Shown here: in pieces, positions 19,607-28,670 of the stretch
Numbering within the stretch: the stretch's first letter is position 1
Layout of the letters: each line of letters begins with the position of its first letter
NCBI GenBank assembly: GCA_964487475.1
Contig: CAZAPM010000005.1
Coordinates: 1 to 64,000 of the forward strand
Origin: an uncultured Planctomycetales bacterium
GTDB taxonomy: Bacteria > Omnitrophota > Gorgyraeia > Gygaellales > Profunditerraquicolaceae
Reading direction: 5' to 3'
DNA: 64,000 nt
The notes under the pieces: model-generated
Databases searched by the model: none
What the model saw: only the letters and a program-made list of their open reading frames with translations
What the model was told of the DNA's origin: nothing
Made by a program: the position numbers and the translations under genes

Positions 19607-19876
19607 ATGCAATGGGATAAGCACACACAACATACTTTCGAGACCTTCATTTCTCGCATCCCGATCTTCCATCGCGCGATCACCAAGGAAACCGTGAGAA
19701 CGAAGGCTGAAGAGCTGGCCGAAGCGAGAAAAGCGGCCTTGGTCGAGGAAAAGGATGTGGTGGATGCGTTTTTTGCGGACGTTCCTTCGCCTTTTTACAG
19801 CATGATGATCCGACTGATGGAACAGACAGGCATCGATTACCGCAAATACGGCTACCCCAGAGCCTCCCGGAAATAA
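19607..19876 (+). CDS. Small PCP_red/DUF2621-like protein
   Basis: 'MQWD...RIPIFHR...KAEELA' resembles the protochlorophyllide-reductase C-terminal (PCP_red) pattern. Confidence 0.6.
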   Translation: MQWDKHTQHTFETFISRIPIFHRAITKETVRTKAEELAEARKAALVEEKDVVDAFFADVPSPFYSMMIRLMEQTGIDYRKYGYPRASRK

Positions 19877-19888
19877 CCGTCCCTACGT

Positions 19889-20896
19889 ATGAAAATTGCC
19901 GTCATTGGTGCAGGAGCGATAGGGAATCTTGTGGCCGGCTACCTTGCGCATAAGGGAGCGGACGTGGTGCTGGTGGGGCGGCCCGGCTCGGCCGAGGCGA
20001 TCCGTTCGCACGGGCTGCGCATTACCGGAGTGCGGGGGGAGTTGCAGGTGCGGGTAAGCATCGGGGAGCGCCTGTCCCTGGCGCCGGAGATCGCCGTGCT
20101 GGCGACGAAGACGCAGGATATCGAAGAGGCGCTGCGCTCCAATCAGGGGTATCTGCAGGAGAGCCTGATGCTGACTACGCAAAACGGGGTGCGCGCGGAT
20201 GCCATTGCCGCGCGGTTCGTGCCGCGGGAGCGTATCGTATCGAGCATAGTGATGTTCGGGGCGACGTACCTTGAGCCCGGGCATGTGGTGCATAATTTCG
20301 AGGGGAACTGGATCATGGGCAAAGGGTTTCCCTCGACCCCGGATACTCTGGTGCAGCAGGCGTCCCTTATGGCGTCCGCGGCGTTTTCGGTGGAGGTGAC
20401 TCCGCAGCTTTCCGGGATGAAGTACCTTAAAATATTCGTCAACGCCAACAATTGCATTCCCGCGATCCTCGGCACCAGTATGCAGGAAGCCTTCGCCGAT
20501 GCCGGGGTCAGCCGGGTGAGTGTCGCGATCTGGAGGGAAGGGCTGGAGGTGGTGCGCGCGGCAGGGATCACGCTTCACTCCATGCCTCATTTCCCGGTGG
20601 AGAATGTCACCAAGCTTTGCGCGATCCCGCTGGATGAGGCGGCCAGGGTGTTCTCCGGATTGATGGGAAAATTGAGCCGGGAGCCGCTCTACGGCTCCAT
20701 CCTGCAGAGCATCAAGCGCGGCCGCGCCTCGGAGATCGAGTATATCAACGGCGAGTTCGTGCGGCTGGCGCAGGCGCACGGGAAAGAGGCGCCGCTTAAC
20801 GCGAAGCTGGTGGCGATGGTGCATGAGGTGGAGAAGCGCGAGCAGTTCCTTTCCCGCGAGGCGTTTCTGGAGCAGGTGCAGGGGCTCTGCGCATAA
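19889..20896 (+). CDS. Ketopantoate reductase (ApbA/PanE) family NAD(P)H-dependent reductase
   Basis: 'IAVIGAGAIG', 'ATKT', 'QNGV', 'SILQSIKRGRASEIEYING'. Confidence 0.88.
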   Translation: MKIAVIGAGAIGNLVAGYLAHKGADVVLVGRPGSAEAIRSHGLRITGVRGELQVRVSIGERLSLAPEIAVLATKTQDIEEALRSNQGYLQESLMLTTQNGVRADAIAARFVPRERIVSSIVMFGATYLEPGHVVHNFEGNWIMGKGFPSTPDTLVQQASLMASAAFSVEVTPQLSGMKYLKIFVNANNCIPAILGTSMQEAFADAGVSRVSVAIWREGLEVVRAAGITLHSMPHFPVENVTKLCAIPLDEAARVFSGLMGKLSREPLYGSILQSIKRGRASEIEYINGEFVRLAQAHGKEAPLNAKLVAMVHEVEKREQFLSREAFLEQVQGLCA

Positions 20897-20908
20897 GAGA
20901 GGGCGGTC

Positions 20909-21523
20909 ATGGTAGATACTCCATTCCCCAAGTTGAAGCTTACCGTGAATGCGGTGCACGGTCATTGTTACCACGGGTATAAGATCGGCGACGAGATCAT
21001 CCTGGAGGATTTTACCCACGCGCCCAAGCATTTCTGCTTAGGATTGGCGCATGCGCTGTTTCCCGTGATCTACGGGCTTTCCTTCGGGGCGCAGTATCCT
21101 TTCCGGGATAACCAGCGGTCGCTGCTCGTCACCTGTCCCGACGGAGGGAAACTCGAGTTCAAGGCCGAGATCCTGGATAAGGAGGGGGCGGTCCAGCACA
21201 TCCCGAAGGACCCGCAGTGGAAGGGGCCCCGTCCTAAGAAGATGCGCCTTAAGGTGGTCCAGGCCAAAGGGCATTGCGCGTTCAAGTATAAAGTGGGGGA
21301 CACCTGGGAGACCACGGGTCTGCAGTGCATCCCGGGTTTTTGCGGCGCGGCGTTCCATACGGCGTTCCCGGCGCTTTTCGCGCTTAACTTCGGCGCGAAG
21401 TTTTTCTTTATGGAGGATCCTAACGGAGTCAATACGGTGACCTGCCCGGACGGAGGCAACATCATCTTCGAGGTTTCCCGGGTCGAAGAAACGGCGCAGG
21501 AGAAGAAGGATACGACGGGTTGA
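20909..21523 (+). CDS. Tandem TIGR04076-like Cys-motif protein
   Basis: Two repeats of GHC..K.GD...P..FC....H..FP...L.FGA...TCPDGG. Confidence 0.7.
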   Translation: MVDTPFPKLKLTVNAVHGHCYHGYKIGDEIILEDFTHAPKHFCLGLAHALFPVIYGLSFGAQYPFRDNQRSLLVTCPDGGKLEFKAEILDKEGAVQHIPKDPQWKGPRPKKMRLKVVQAKGHCAFKYKVGDTWETTGLQCIPGFCGAAFHTAFPALFALNFGAKFFFMEDPNGVNTVTCPDGGNIIFEVSRVEETAQEKKDTTG

Positions 21524-21524
21524 T

Positions 21525-22787
21525 ATGAAGAAAAGAAGAGTGGTGATCACGGGGATAGGGGTTATCTCTCCCAACGGTATCGGTAAGGATAAGGCCTGGG
21601 CAGGGATGTCCGGGGGAAAGTCGGGGATCAGGCGGGTGGACGGCTTCGACGTGAGCGTGTTCAATACCAAGATCGCGGCGGAAGTGAGGGATTTCGACCC
21701 CTTCGCGTTAGGTTTGACGCATCAGGAGGCCATGCGCATGGACCGCTACGTGCAGTTCGGGGTGGTAGCCGGGGACATGGCGATCAAGGACAGCCGCCTG
21801 GATTTCTCCAGGGTCGATCCGCAGCGGGTGGGGGTGTGCCTGGCCAACGCCATCTGCGGCACCAAATATATGGAGGAGGAGTTCGCGCTGGTCACCAACG
21901 ACGGCAAAGAGCCCATCGATCCGGCCAAGGTGCGTCCCGACCTGTATGACGCGGCCATGTTCAATACTCCTTCCATCGAGATCTCCGCGCGGTATAAGCT
22001 CAAGGGAGTGTGCAACACTATCTCCACCGGCTGCACTGCCGGGACCGATTCCTTAGGCTACGGGTTGGAAACGATCCAGGACGGTTTGCAGGATGTCATG
22101 GTCTGCGGCGCGGCCGAAGCGCCCCTGACGCCTATCACCTTCGGGGCGTTCGACGTGGTCAATGTCCTTTCCGTGCACAACGCCGAGCCCCAGAAAGCGT
22201 CCCGTCCTTTTGACAATAAACGCGACGGGTTCGTCCTTTCCGAAGGGTCGGGGATACTGATCCTGGAGGAGCTGGAGCATGCCTTGAAGCGCAATGCGCA
22301 TATTTATTGCGAGGTATTAGGCTTCGGCACCAGCTGCAACGCGTTCCATATGACCGACCTTCCGGCGGACGGCGGGGCCATGGCCAGCTGCATCAGGCTT
22401 GGTCTGAAGGATGCGGACATCAAGCCGACGGAGATCGACTATATTCAGGCGCACGGCTCTTCCACGAGAATGAACGATATCTTCGAGACTGCGGCCTACA
22501 AGATGGTGTTTGGGGACCATGCGTATAAGATCCCCGTAAGTTCGTTCAAGTCTATGATTGGCCATCCCCTGGCGGCAGCCAATGCCGTTGAAATGACCAT
22601 TGCCTGTATGATGTTCGAGAAGGACATTATCCCTCCGACGATCAATCAGGAGGAAAAGGACCCCTTGTGCGACCTGGATTACGTCCCGAACGTGGCTCGG
22701 CAGCAGAAGCTTAATACCATCATCAAGACCAGCAGCGGGTTTTCCGGGATTCATTCATCCTTAATCATGAGGCGTTTCAATGGATAA
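21525..22787 (+). CDS. Type II PKS ketosynthase alpha (KS-alpha)
   Basis: 'ISTGCTAGTDSLG' (aromatic KS-alpha STGC motif), 'AHGSSTRMND', 'KSMIGH', terminal 'SGFSGIHS'. Confidence 0.9.
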   Translation: MKKRRVVITGIGVISPNGIGKDKAWAGMSGGKSGIRRVDGFDVSVFNTKIAAEVRDFDPFALGLTHQEAMRMDRYVQFGVVAGDMAIKDSRLDFSRVDPQRVGVCLANAICGTKYMEEEFALVTNDGKEPIDPAKVRPDLYDAAMFNTPSIEISARYKLKGVCNTISTGCTAGTDSLGYGLETIQDGLQDVMVCGAAEAPLTPITFGAFDVVNVLSVHNAEPQKASRPFDNKRDGFVLSEGSGILILEELEHALKRNAHIYCEVLGFGTSCNAFHMTDLPADGGAMASCIRLGLKDADIKPTEIDYIQAHGSSTRMNDIFETAAYKMVFGDHAYKIPVSSFKSMIGHPLAAANAVEMTIACMMFEKDIIPPTINQEEKDPLCDLDYVPNVARQQKLNTIIKTSSGFSGIHSSLIMRRFNG

Positions 22788-24009
22788 GATCGCGATCACC
22801 GGTATCGGAGTGGTCTCACCCTCCGGCATAGGCAAAAGGCAGTTCTGGGCGAACATCAAGTCCGGGCGTTCTTTCATCAAGGAGATCACCCGTTTCGACG
22901 CTTCCCGCTACCCTTCGCGTATCGCCGGGCAGATCGACGACCTGGAGAAGTATTCGCACGTCTCCGAAAGGCTCCTGAAGAAGATCGACGCGTTCTCGCA
23001 CATGGCGCTGATCGCCTCCGAGATGGCGCTGCAGGATGCGGGGATCGACATCAAGCAGGAGGACCCGAACCTGGTGGGGATATTCCTCGGCAATGCCATC
23101 GGCGGGTGGCTGTATGCGGAGACCGAGCTGCGCGACCTTTATCTCGAAGGCCGCGAAGGGGTTTCCCCGTATATGGCGTCCGCCTGGTTCCCGGCCGCGC
23201 CCCAGGGGCAGGTGTCTATCTATTACGGGATCAAGGGATTTTCCAAGACGGTGGTTGCCGACCGGGCCAGCTCGCAGGAAGCGCTGGCGTATGCCAGGAA
23301 GACCCTGGCCAAGGGCAAGCTCAATATGATCCTTTCCGGAGGGATGGAGGCGCCGGTTTCTCCCTACGGGTTGCTTTGCTGCAACACTTACGGGTGCCTT
23401 TGCGAGGATAACCGCGTTCCCCAGGAAGCGTACCGTCCGTATGACCGCGCCCGCAAGGGAGTGGTGATCGGCGAGGGCGCCGGGATCGTGGTGCTGGAGA
23501 GTTCCGGCCGGGCCAAGGCCCGCGGCAAGCAGCCGTTGGCGTATATCACCGGACACGGTTCCACCTGCGACGGGTATGACCGGATCGGCTGCGATCCTTC
23601 GGGTGTGCAGCTGGCGCGCGCCATTACGCTGGCGCTCGCGGATGCCGGCCGCAAGCCCCACGAGATCGATTATGTGAGCCTCGACGGCATGGCGGTCGAG
23701 GGATGGGACAAGAGCGAGATCTCCGCCGTCACGCAGGTCTTCGGCGAGCACGCGAAACGGATGTTCGCCAGCTGTCCCAAGACCATGTTCGGGAACCTTC
23801 TGGGTGCTGCCTCGGCGCTGGACCTGATCACCGCGGTCCTGGCCATGGAGCATGAGATGGTCCCCCCGACGCTTAATCTGACCGACCCGGATATCGACGG
23901 GTTGAAGTACGTTACCGGCAAGGCCCAGGAGCATCCCGTAAAAAAGGCGCTGCTTATCTCCCGGGGCCGCGGCGGCATTAATTCGGTGTTAGTGGTAGAG
24001 AAACCTTAA
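22780..24009 (+). CDS. Type II PKS chain length factor (KS-beta/CLF)
   Basis: KS fold without the catalytic Cys; 'VSPYMASAWFPAAPQGQVSI' matches the CLF 'VSAYQSFAWF...GQISI' pattern; 'PKTMFGNL'; overlaps the KS-alpha stop. Confidence 0.88.
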   Translation: MDKIAITGIGVVSPSGIGKRQFWANIKSGRSFIKEITRFDASRYPSRIAGQIDDLEKYSHVSERLLKKIDAFSHMALIASEMALQDAGIDIKQEDPNLVGIFLGNAIGGWLYAETELRDLYLEGREGVSPYMASAWFPAAPQGQVSIYYGIKGFSKTVVADRASSQEALAYARKTLAKGKLNMILSGGMEAPVSPYGLLCCNTYGCLCEDNRVPQEAYRPYDRARKGVVIGEGAGIVVLESSGRAKARGKQPLAYITGHGSTCDGYDRIGCDPSGVQLARAITLALADAGRKPHEIDYVSLDGMAVEGWDKSEISAVTQVFGEHAKRMFASCPKTMFGNLLGAASALDLITAVLAMEHEMVPPTLNLTDPDIDGLKYVTGKAQEHPVKKALLISRGRGGINSVLVVEKP

Positions 24010-24062
24010 CACTTGGCCTGATCGGAAAGGCCAGTGTTTCGCTTTCTGCGAAAGGAGCTGTA

Positions 24063-25523
24063 ATGAAGATACTTTTTGTGATGCCGAAGGTGGGAGCATG
24101 GGCGACCCACGGGAAACATGTGGCCCCTAACCAGCTGTACGCGCACTGGGCGGCGTATGTGCGTGAAAAAGGGTACGAGGACCTCGAGGTGCTTGACTGC
24201 AAGGCGCTGGAGATGGCCGACGACCAGATGGTGGAGACGGTCAAATCCAAGAAGCCCGATGTGGTGGTGATGGGGGAACAGCTGCACTCCTACGGCGGAT
24301 ACGCGGTGGTGGCGCATTTTAACGATGCCGCCCGCAAGATCAAATCCTCCTTCCCTTCGGTCAAGATCATCTTCGGCGGATTGTGGTACTCCGCGATGCC
24401 TACCGAAACGCTGGAGGCGAACCCGGCCGTGGATTACATCGTCATGGGTGAAGAGGAGTCGTTTTACGAGCTGATCGATGCCATCGCCAGGAAGCAGGAC
24501 CTGACCAAGGTGGCCGGGGTGACGGTGCGCGTGGACGGCAAGATTTCCATGGGGCCGTACAAGCCGCTGCTGCAGGACCTGGATTCCCTGCCGCTTCCGG
24601 CGTACGATCTTTTCCCGATGGAGAAGTACGTGGGGCATACCCACTGGAAGCCCTTCGTGGATATGGTCTCCTCCCGCGGATGCCCTTCGGCATGTACCTT
24701 CTGCTACGAGTGGGACCAGTATGACCCGCGTAACCCGTCCGATTTCCTGAAGTGGCGCGCCAAGAGCCCGGAGCGGGTCATCGAAGAGCTCAACGTGCTG
24801 CATAAAAAATACGGGGTCAAAGTGGTGGTGCTGCAGGACGATAATTTCAACGTCAATCCCGAGCGGGTGAAGAAGTTCTGCGAGCTTAAGAAAGCGGCGA
24901 ACAATCCCATCAAGTGGGTGTCCCTCGGCCGCGCCGTGGACTGGATCAACTGCGAGCCGATCCTGCCCCTGATGAAGGAGACCGGCCTGTTTACCGGCGT
25001 CTTCGGGATCGAAGTGACCACTCCCGAGGAGCTCAAGAAGATCGCCAAGGGTATTACCATCGACCAGATCAAAAAGACCGTGGAGATCCTGCGCAAGCAG
25101 AACATCGCGGTGGTGGCGGATATCATGATGGGCTTTGAGTACGACACGGAAGCCATCATCAAGCAGCGCTACGAGTTTACCGATATGGTCGATCCGGATA
25201 TCCTCTGGGTAGGCTACGTGACGCCGGCGCCGAATTCTCCCATGTGGAGGATAGGGATGCAGCGCAAGTGGATCGATCCCAAGAAGATCGATTTCACCCG
25301 GTGGGATTTCCTGCATCCGGTGATGCCGACGGACCATCTGACCGTGGAGGACCTGGGCCGTCTGGGTTCCTGGTGCATGCGCGAATTCTTCTCCAAGCCC
25401 GGACGTATCAACCGGATCATGGAGAGCGATTTCGATATCCTGGCCAAGCTTTGTTTCCAGGATGTCATGGCCGGGGTCGGCAAGTGGGAAGCCGGCGCCA
25501 CCAAAGGCGAAGTTCATATCTGA
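24063..25523 (+). CDS. Cobalamin-dependent radical SAM enzyme (class B methyltransferase/BchE-like)
   Basis: N-terminal B12-binding region ('PDVVVMG...IIFGG...DYIVMGEEE'), 'SRGCPSACTFC', 'DDNF'. Confidence 0.9.
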   Translation: MKILFVMPKVGAWATHGKHVAPNQLYAHWAAYVREKGYEDLEVLDCKALEMADDQMVETVKSKKPDVVVMGEQLHSYGGYAVVAHFNDAARKIKSSFPSVKIIFGGLWYSAMPTETLEANPAVDYIVMGEEESFYELIDAIARKQDLTKVAGVTVRVDGKISMGPYKPLLQDLDSLPLPAYDLFPMEKYVGHTHWKPFVDMVSSRGCPSACTFCYEWDQYDPRNPSDFLKWRAKSPERVIEELNVLHKKYGVKVVVLQDDNFNVNPERVKKFCELKKAANNPIKWVSLGRAVDWINCEPILPLMKETGLFTGVFGIEVTTPEELKKIAKGITIDQIKKTVEILRKQNIAVVADIMMGFEYDTEAIIKQRYEFTDMVDPDILWVGYVTPAPNSPMWRIGMQRKWIDPKKIDFTRWDFLHPVMPTDHLTVEDLGRLGSWCMREFFSKPGRINRIMESDFDILAKLCFQDVMAGVGKWEAGATKGEVHI

Positions 25524-25524
25524 G

Positions 25525-25616
25525 ACGTAGGGACGGTTCTCTTTTACGGTTAGAACCGTCCCCTGTTACCGAGAATAAAAAGGGACGGTTCTGTATTTGA
25601 TCGGAGAACCGTCCCT
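25525..25616. repeat. Two tandem palindromic REP-like units GGGACGGTTCT..AGAACCGTCCC
   Basis: 11-bp IR 25530-25540/25552-25562 and 12-bp IR 25581-25592/25605-25616; the first unit begins with GTAG. Confidence 0.8.
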
Positions 25617-25629
25617 AAAAGGAGAGAAG

Positions 25630-25869
25630 ATGGATACGAAAACGAAGATAAAGGAAGTACTGGTGAAGTTGCTGAAGGTCAGGCCCGAAGAGCTCAAGGA
25701 CGGCGTCTCGCTGCAGGATTGCATCGGGGTCGATTCGACGGAAATGGTGGAATCGGTGATCGCCCTGGAAAAAGAGTTCGGCACCAAGCTTTCCCCAAAG
25801 GATATCACCAAGTTCTGTTCCATCGATGACATCGAAAAGGTGATCAGCAGTAAACTGTCCGTAAAATGA
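25630..25869 (+). CDS. Acyl carrier protein
   Basis: 79 aa; 'IGVDSTEMVE' phosphopantetheine Ser motif, 'LEKEFG'; AGGAG SD. Confidence 0.92.
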   Translation: MDTKTKIKEVLVKLLKVRPEELKDGVSLQDCIGVDSTEMVESVIALEKEFGTKLSPKDITKFCSIDDIEKVISSKLSVK

Positions 25870-26672
25870 GACTGGTAGACCTGTCGCTGCCCATTGACGA
25901 AAAAGCGTTCGAGGTCCACCGGGTAGAGATCGAACGTGTCAGCCACAAGGCGGGGGTGGAGAAGTTCAACCGCGTCATCATGGGCAAGACCTTCAAGGGC
26001 AAGGTGCAGCATCTCCTCGGCCAGCGGATCCTGAAACCTTCGGATCTCCCGGACGAGGAGTTTCTGTCTCTGGAGGTGGTGCATGCGCCGGTGCATGTCG
26101 GCACCCATCTGGATTACTCCTTCCATTACGGCTCCCGCTCCGAAGGCCGGGCTTCCCGGACCGCGGAGGAGATACCCCTGGAATGGTGTTACTGCGACGG
26201 GGTCAAGCTGGATTTCACCCATAAGAAGTCGGGTGAGGTGATCGCTGCCGCGGATATCGAGGCCGCCTTGAAGAAGATCGGATATGCGCTTAAGCCCAAG
26301 GATATCGTGCTGCTGCATACCGGGGCGGATAAATTTTACGGCTCTCCCAAGTATTTTGTCGAGTATCCGGGGGTGGACGTCTCGGCGATCGAGTATCTCC
26401 TCGACCGGGGGATCAAGATCTTCGGCACGGACACGATGGGGATCGACCGGCCCTATAAGTACATGCTGGCGGAGTTCCTGAAGACCCGCGACATATCGCG
26501 TTTTTATCCGTCCCATTTTTTCGGGAGGAAGAGGGAGTTCATCCACATCGAACGGCTGGCGCGGCTCGAACAGCTGCCGCCCACCGGGTATAAGATCATT
26601 TGTTTCCCTGTCCGGATCAAACAGACTGGCGCTGCCTGGGCGAGGGTAGTGGCAGAGTTCGCAGGAGGCTGA
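25866..26672 (+). CDS. Metal-dependent cyclase family protein (putative later-ring polyketide cyclase)
   Basis: 'HVGTHLD', 'GTDTMGID', 'HIERL'; same family as the ZhuJ/OxyN-type cyclases. Confidence 0.85.
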   Translation: MRLVDLSLPIDEKAFEVHRVEIERVSHKAGVEKFNRVIMGKTFKGKVQHLLGQRILKPSDLPDEEFLSLEVVHAPVHVGTHLDYSFHYGSRSEGRASRTAEEIPLEWCYCDGVKLDFTHKKSGEVIAAADIEAALKKIGYALKPKDIVLLHTGADKFYGSPKYFVEYPGVDVSAIEYLLDRGIKIFGTDTMGIDRPYKYMLAEFLKTRDISRFYPSHFFGRKREFIHIERLARLEQLPPTGYKIICFPVRIKQTGAAWARVVAEFAGG

Positions 26673-26673
26673 C

Positions 26674-26988
26674 ATGGCGGAAAAGGCGGTTATTCAGGAT
26701 CTAGAGAAGATGATGGAATTCCCTCGCGAAGGGGTGTTCAGCAAGGTGCTGGTCAAGACCCCTACTTCCAACCATACCCTGATGTGCCTGGCCAAGGGCA
26801 GCGACATCTCGGAGCATACTTCGACCCGGGAAGCGGCGGTGACGGTGCTCAAGGGGAAGGGTACCTTCTGGCTGGGGAGGAAGAAGATCCCCATGAAGCA
26901 GGGAACGTTCATTTTCATGCCGAAGAACGCGCCGCACGCGCTTTCTGCGAGCGAGAACCTCGCGTTCATTTTAAGCCTGAGCGGAAGG
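26674..26988 (+). CDS. Cupin domain protein (3' end falls in the scaffold gap)
   Basis: 'ISEHTS..EA..VLKGKG...FIFMPKNAPHAL'. Confidence 0.8.
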
Positions 26989-27088
26989 NNNNNNNNNNNN
27001 NNNNNNNNNNNNNNNNNNNNNNNNNNNNNNNNNNNNNNNNNNNNNNNNNNNNNNNNNNNNNNNNNNNNNNNNNNNNNNNNNNNNNNNN
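26989..27088. other. Assembly gap (100 N)
   Basis: Run of N; the round length suggests a placeholder of unknown true size. Confidence 0.99.
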
Positions 27089-27526
27089 ATGGGACATACC
27101 TGCAATTCCATCGTCATCAACGCGCCATATGAAAAGGTGTTCGACATTTCCAACGACATCCCCCGCTGGGTCGAGCTTTTCGGCGGTGAGTATAAAAAGG
27201 CCGAAGTGGTGGAGAAGAAGGATAACAAGATCACGTTCCGGCTGACCGACGACGAGGGCAAATCCTGGGTCTCCTGGCGTCTGCTCTTCAAGGATAAGTA
27301 TTTCGCCTATGCCGAGCGGCATGACCCCAAATTCCCTTTCAAGTTCATGAAGATCGTCTGGCTGTACACTCCCCGTCCCGAAGGCACCGAGTTGACCTGG
27401 ATCCAGCATTTCGAGATGGACGACAAGGCGAAGTTCAACGATGCCCAGGTGGAAGGGTTCATCAACGGGCATTCCAAGGACAACCTGAAGATCTTTAAGG
27501 ATATCATCGAGCAGGAAACCGAATAG
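27089..27526 (+). CDS. Polyketide aromatase/cyclase (SRPBCC; TcmN-N/WhiE ORFVI-like)
   Basis: 'GHTCNSIVINAP...NDIPRWVELF..EY...TFRLT...SWVSWR...PFKFMKIVWLY...WIQHFEM' closely follows the monodomain ARO/CYC pattern. Confidence 0.88.
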   Translation: MGHTCNSIVINAPYEKVFDISNDIPRWVELFGGEYKKAEVVEKKDNKITFRLTDDEGKSWVSWRLLFKDKYFAYAERHDPKFPFKFMKIVWLYTPRPEGTELTWIQHFEMDDKAKFNDAQVEGFINGHSKDNLKIFKDIIEQETE

Positions 27527-28657
27527 GTGAGGCGTACGACCTTCGTACTGCTCTGTCTTGAAGGAGGGGTGCTTTCCTTCAGCGTGGCGGCCACGGCCGC
27601 CCTGGTGCCTTCGATCGCCCGGGAGTTCGCTCTTTCGCAGTTTCTGGTGGGCGCGGCGGTGTGGCTGTATATGCTTCCCTACGGGATCTCGGCGCTGCTC
27701 TACGGGCCGCTGATCCGCCGTTGCGATGCCAAGACCGTCGAATTATGGTGTTTCGCGCTTTTTCTCGCGGCGAACGTCCTTTGCGGCCTGGCGCCTTCGA
27801 TCGAGGTGTTCCTCGCGGGACGCTTCCTGATGGGGGTTTTCGGAGCTTCCGTGATCCCGCTTGCGGTCATCCTGATCGCGCAGGAAAGCGCAGCGCAGGA
27901 GCGCGGCAAACAGGTGGGGATATTCTTCGGCGCGACCTTTACCGCTTCTTTGGCGGGATTGCTCTTAAGCGGATTGCTGCCCTGGCGGTGGAATTATCTC
28001 CTCCCCGCGGTTTTCGGGGTATTGGTGTGGATCCACATCGCCATGTATATGCCGCGTTTCCCGGTCCAGGCAGGGGATAAGGCCAGCAGGTATCTGCATG
28101 CCTTCGGCGAACGGGCGTTCCAGAGGGTATTCGCATACATCTTCCTCGTGAGCTTGATCTATCACGGGGTGCAGCAGTGGCTGGGGGTGTATTTCTCGAC
28201 ACGGTTCGGGTGGCCGCAGCTGACCATCAGCCTGCTGGTGACCCTGACCAGTTTGAGCGGGATATTCGGCGAGGTGCTGGGAGGCTTCATGGCGGACTGG
28301 CACGGCCGGCGCAGGACGATCGCGCTGGGCGCGGGATTGATGGCGGTCAGCGCGTTTTTGCTGGTCTTCCGGATGCCGGTGTGGTGTTTCGCGCTGGTCA
28401 TGCTGGCCTGGGGCGCGGGCTGGACCTTCAACCATGCCGGGGTATCGACGGTTTTGACGGATATGCCGCAGAAGCACCTGCATGAAGCGGCGAGCCTTAA
28501 CAGCAGCGTGCGTTTCCTTGCCGGAGGGTTAGGCGCGGCGTGTGCCGGATTGCTGCTGCAGCGGAGTTTTGAGACAGGATTTTTCGTGTTGGGCGCGTTG
28601 TTGCTGGCGCTCGTATGGTTAAGCGGGAAGTTCTTTCCCGCGAGCCGGACCACCTAA
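27527..28657 (+). CDS. MFS transporter (probable product exporter)
   Basis: About 12 TMs; 'YGPLIRR', 'GRFLMG', 'GFMADWHGRR'. Confidence 0.9.
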   Translation: MRRTTFVLLCLEGGVLSFSVAATAALVPSIAREFALSQFLVGAAVWLYMLPYGISALLYGPLIRRCDAKTVELWCFALFLAANVLCGLAPSIEVFLAGRFLMGVFGASVIPLAVILIAQESAAQERGKQVGIFFGATFTASLAGLLLSGLLPWRWNYLLPAVFGVLVWIHIAMYMPRFPVQAGDKASRYLHAFGERAFQRVFAYIFLVSLIYHGVQQWLGVYFSTRFGWPQLTISLLVTLTSLSGIFGEVLGGFMADWHGRRRTIALGAGLMAVSAFLLVFRMPVWCFALVMLAWGAGWTFNHAGVSTVLTDMPQKHLHEAASLNSSVRFLAGGLGAACAGLLLQRSFETGFFVLGALLLALVWLSGKFFPASRTT

Positions 28658-28670
28658 GGGAGAGGGAAAT

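Noticed and set aside
21525..24009. Ordinary fabF duplication, aryl-polyene or ladderane cluster
   Set aside because: The STGC motif, CLF-type AWF/GQ.SI motif, aromatase and cyclases, and the lack of dehydratases point to an aromatic type II PKS.
25525..25616. Possible mini CRISPR array
   Set aside because: Units are inverted repeats with 11-12 nt loops, there are only two, and no cas genes are present; this fits REP-like elements better.
24006..26675. 503-aa and 369-aa minus-strand ORFs
   Set aside because: Antisense to the radical SAM, ACP and cyclase genes, which carry clear family motifs.
26674..27526. Cupin-aromatase fusion or other ORFs spanning the N run
   Set aside because: Artefact of translating through a gap of unknown length.
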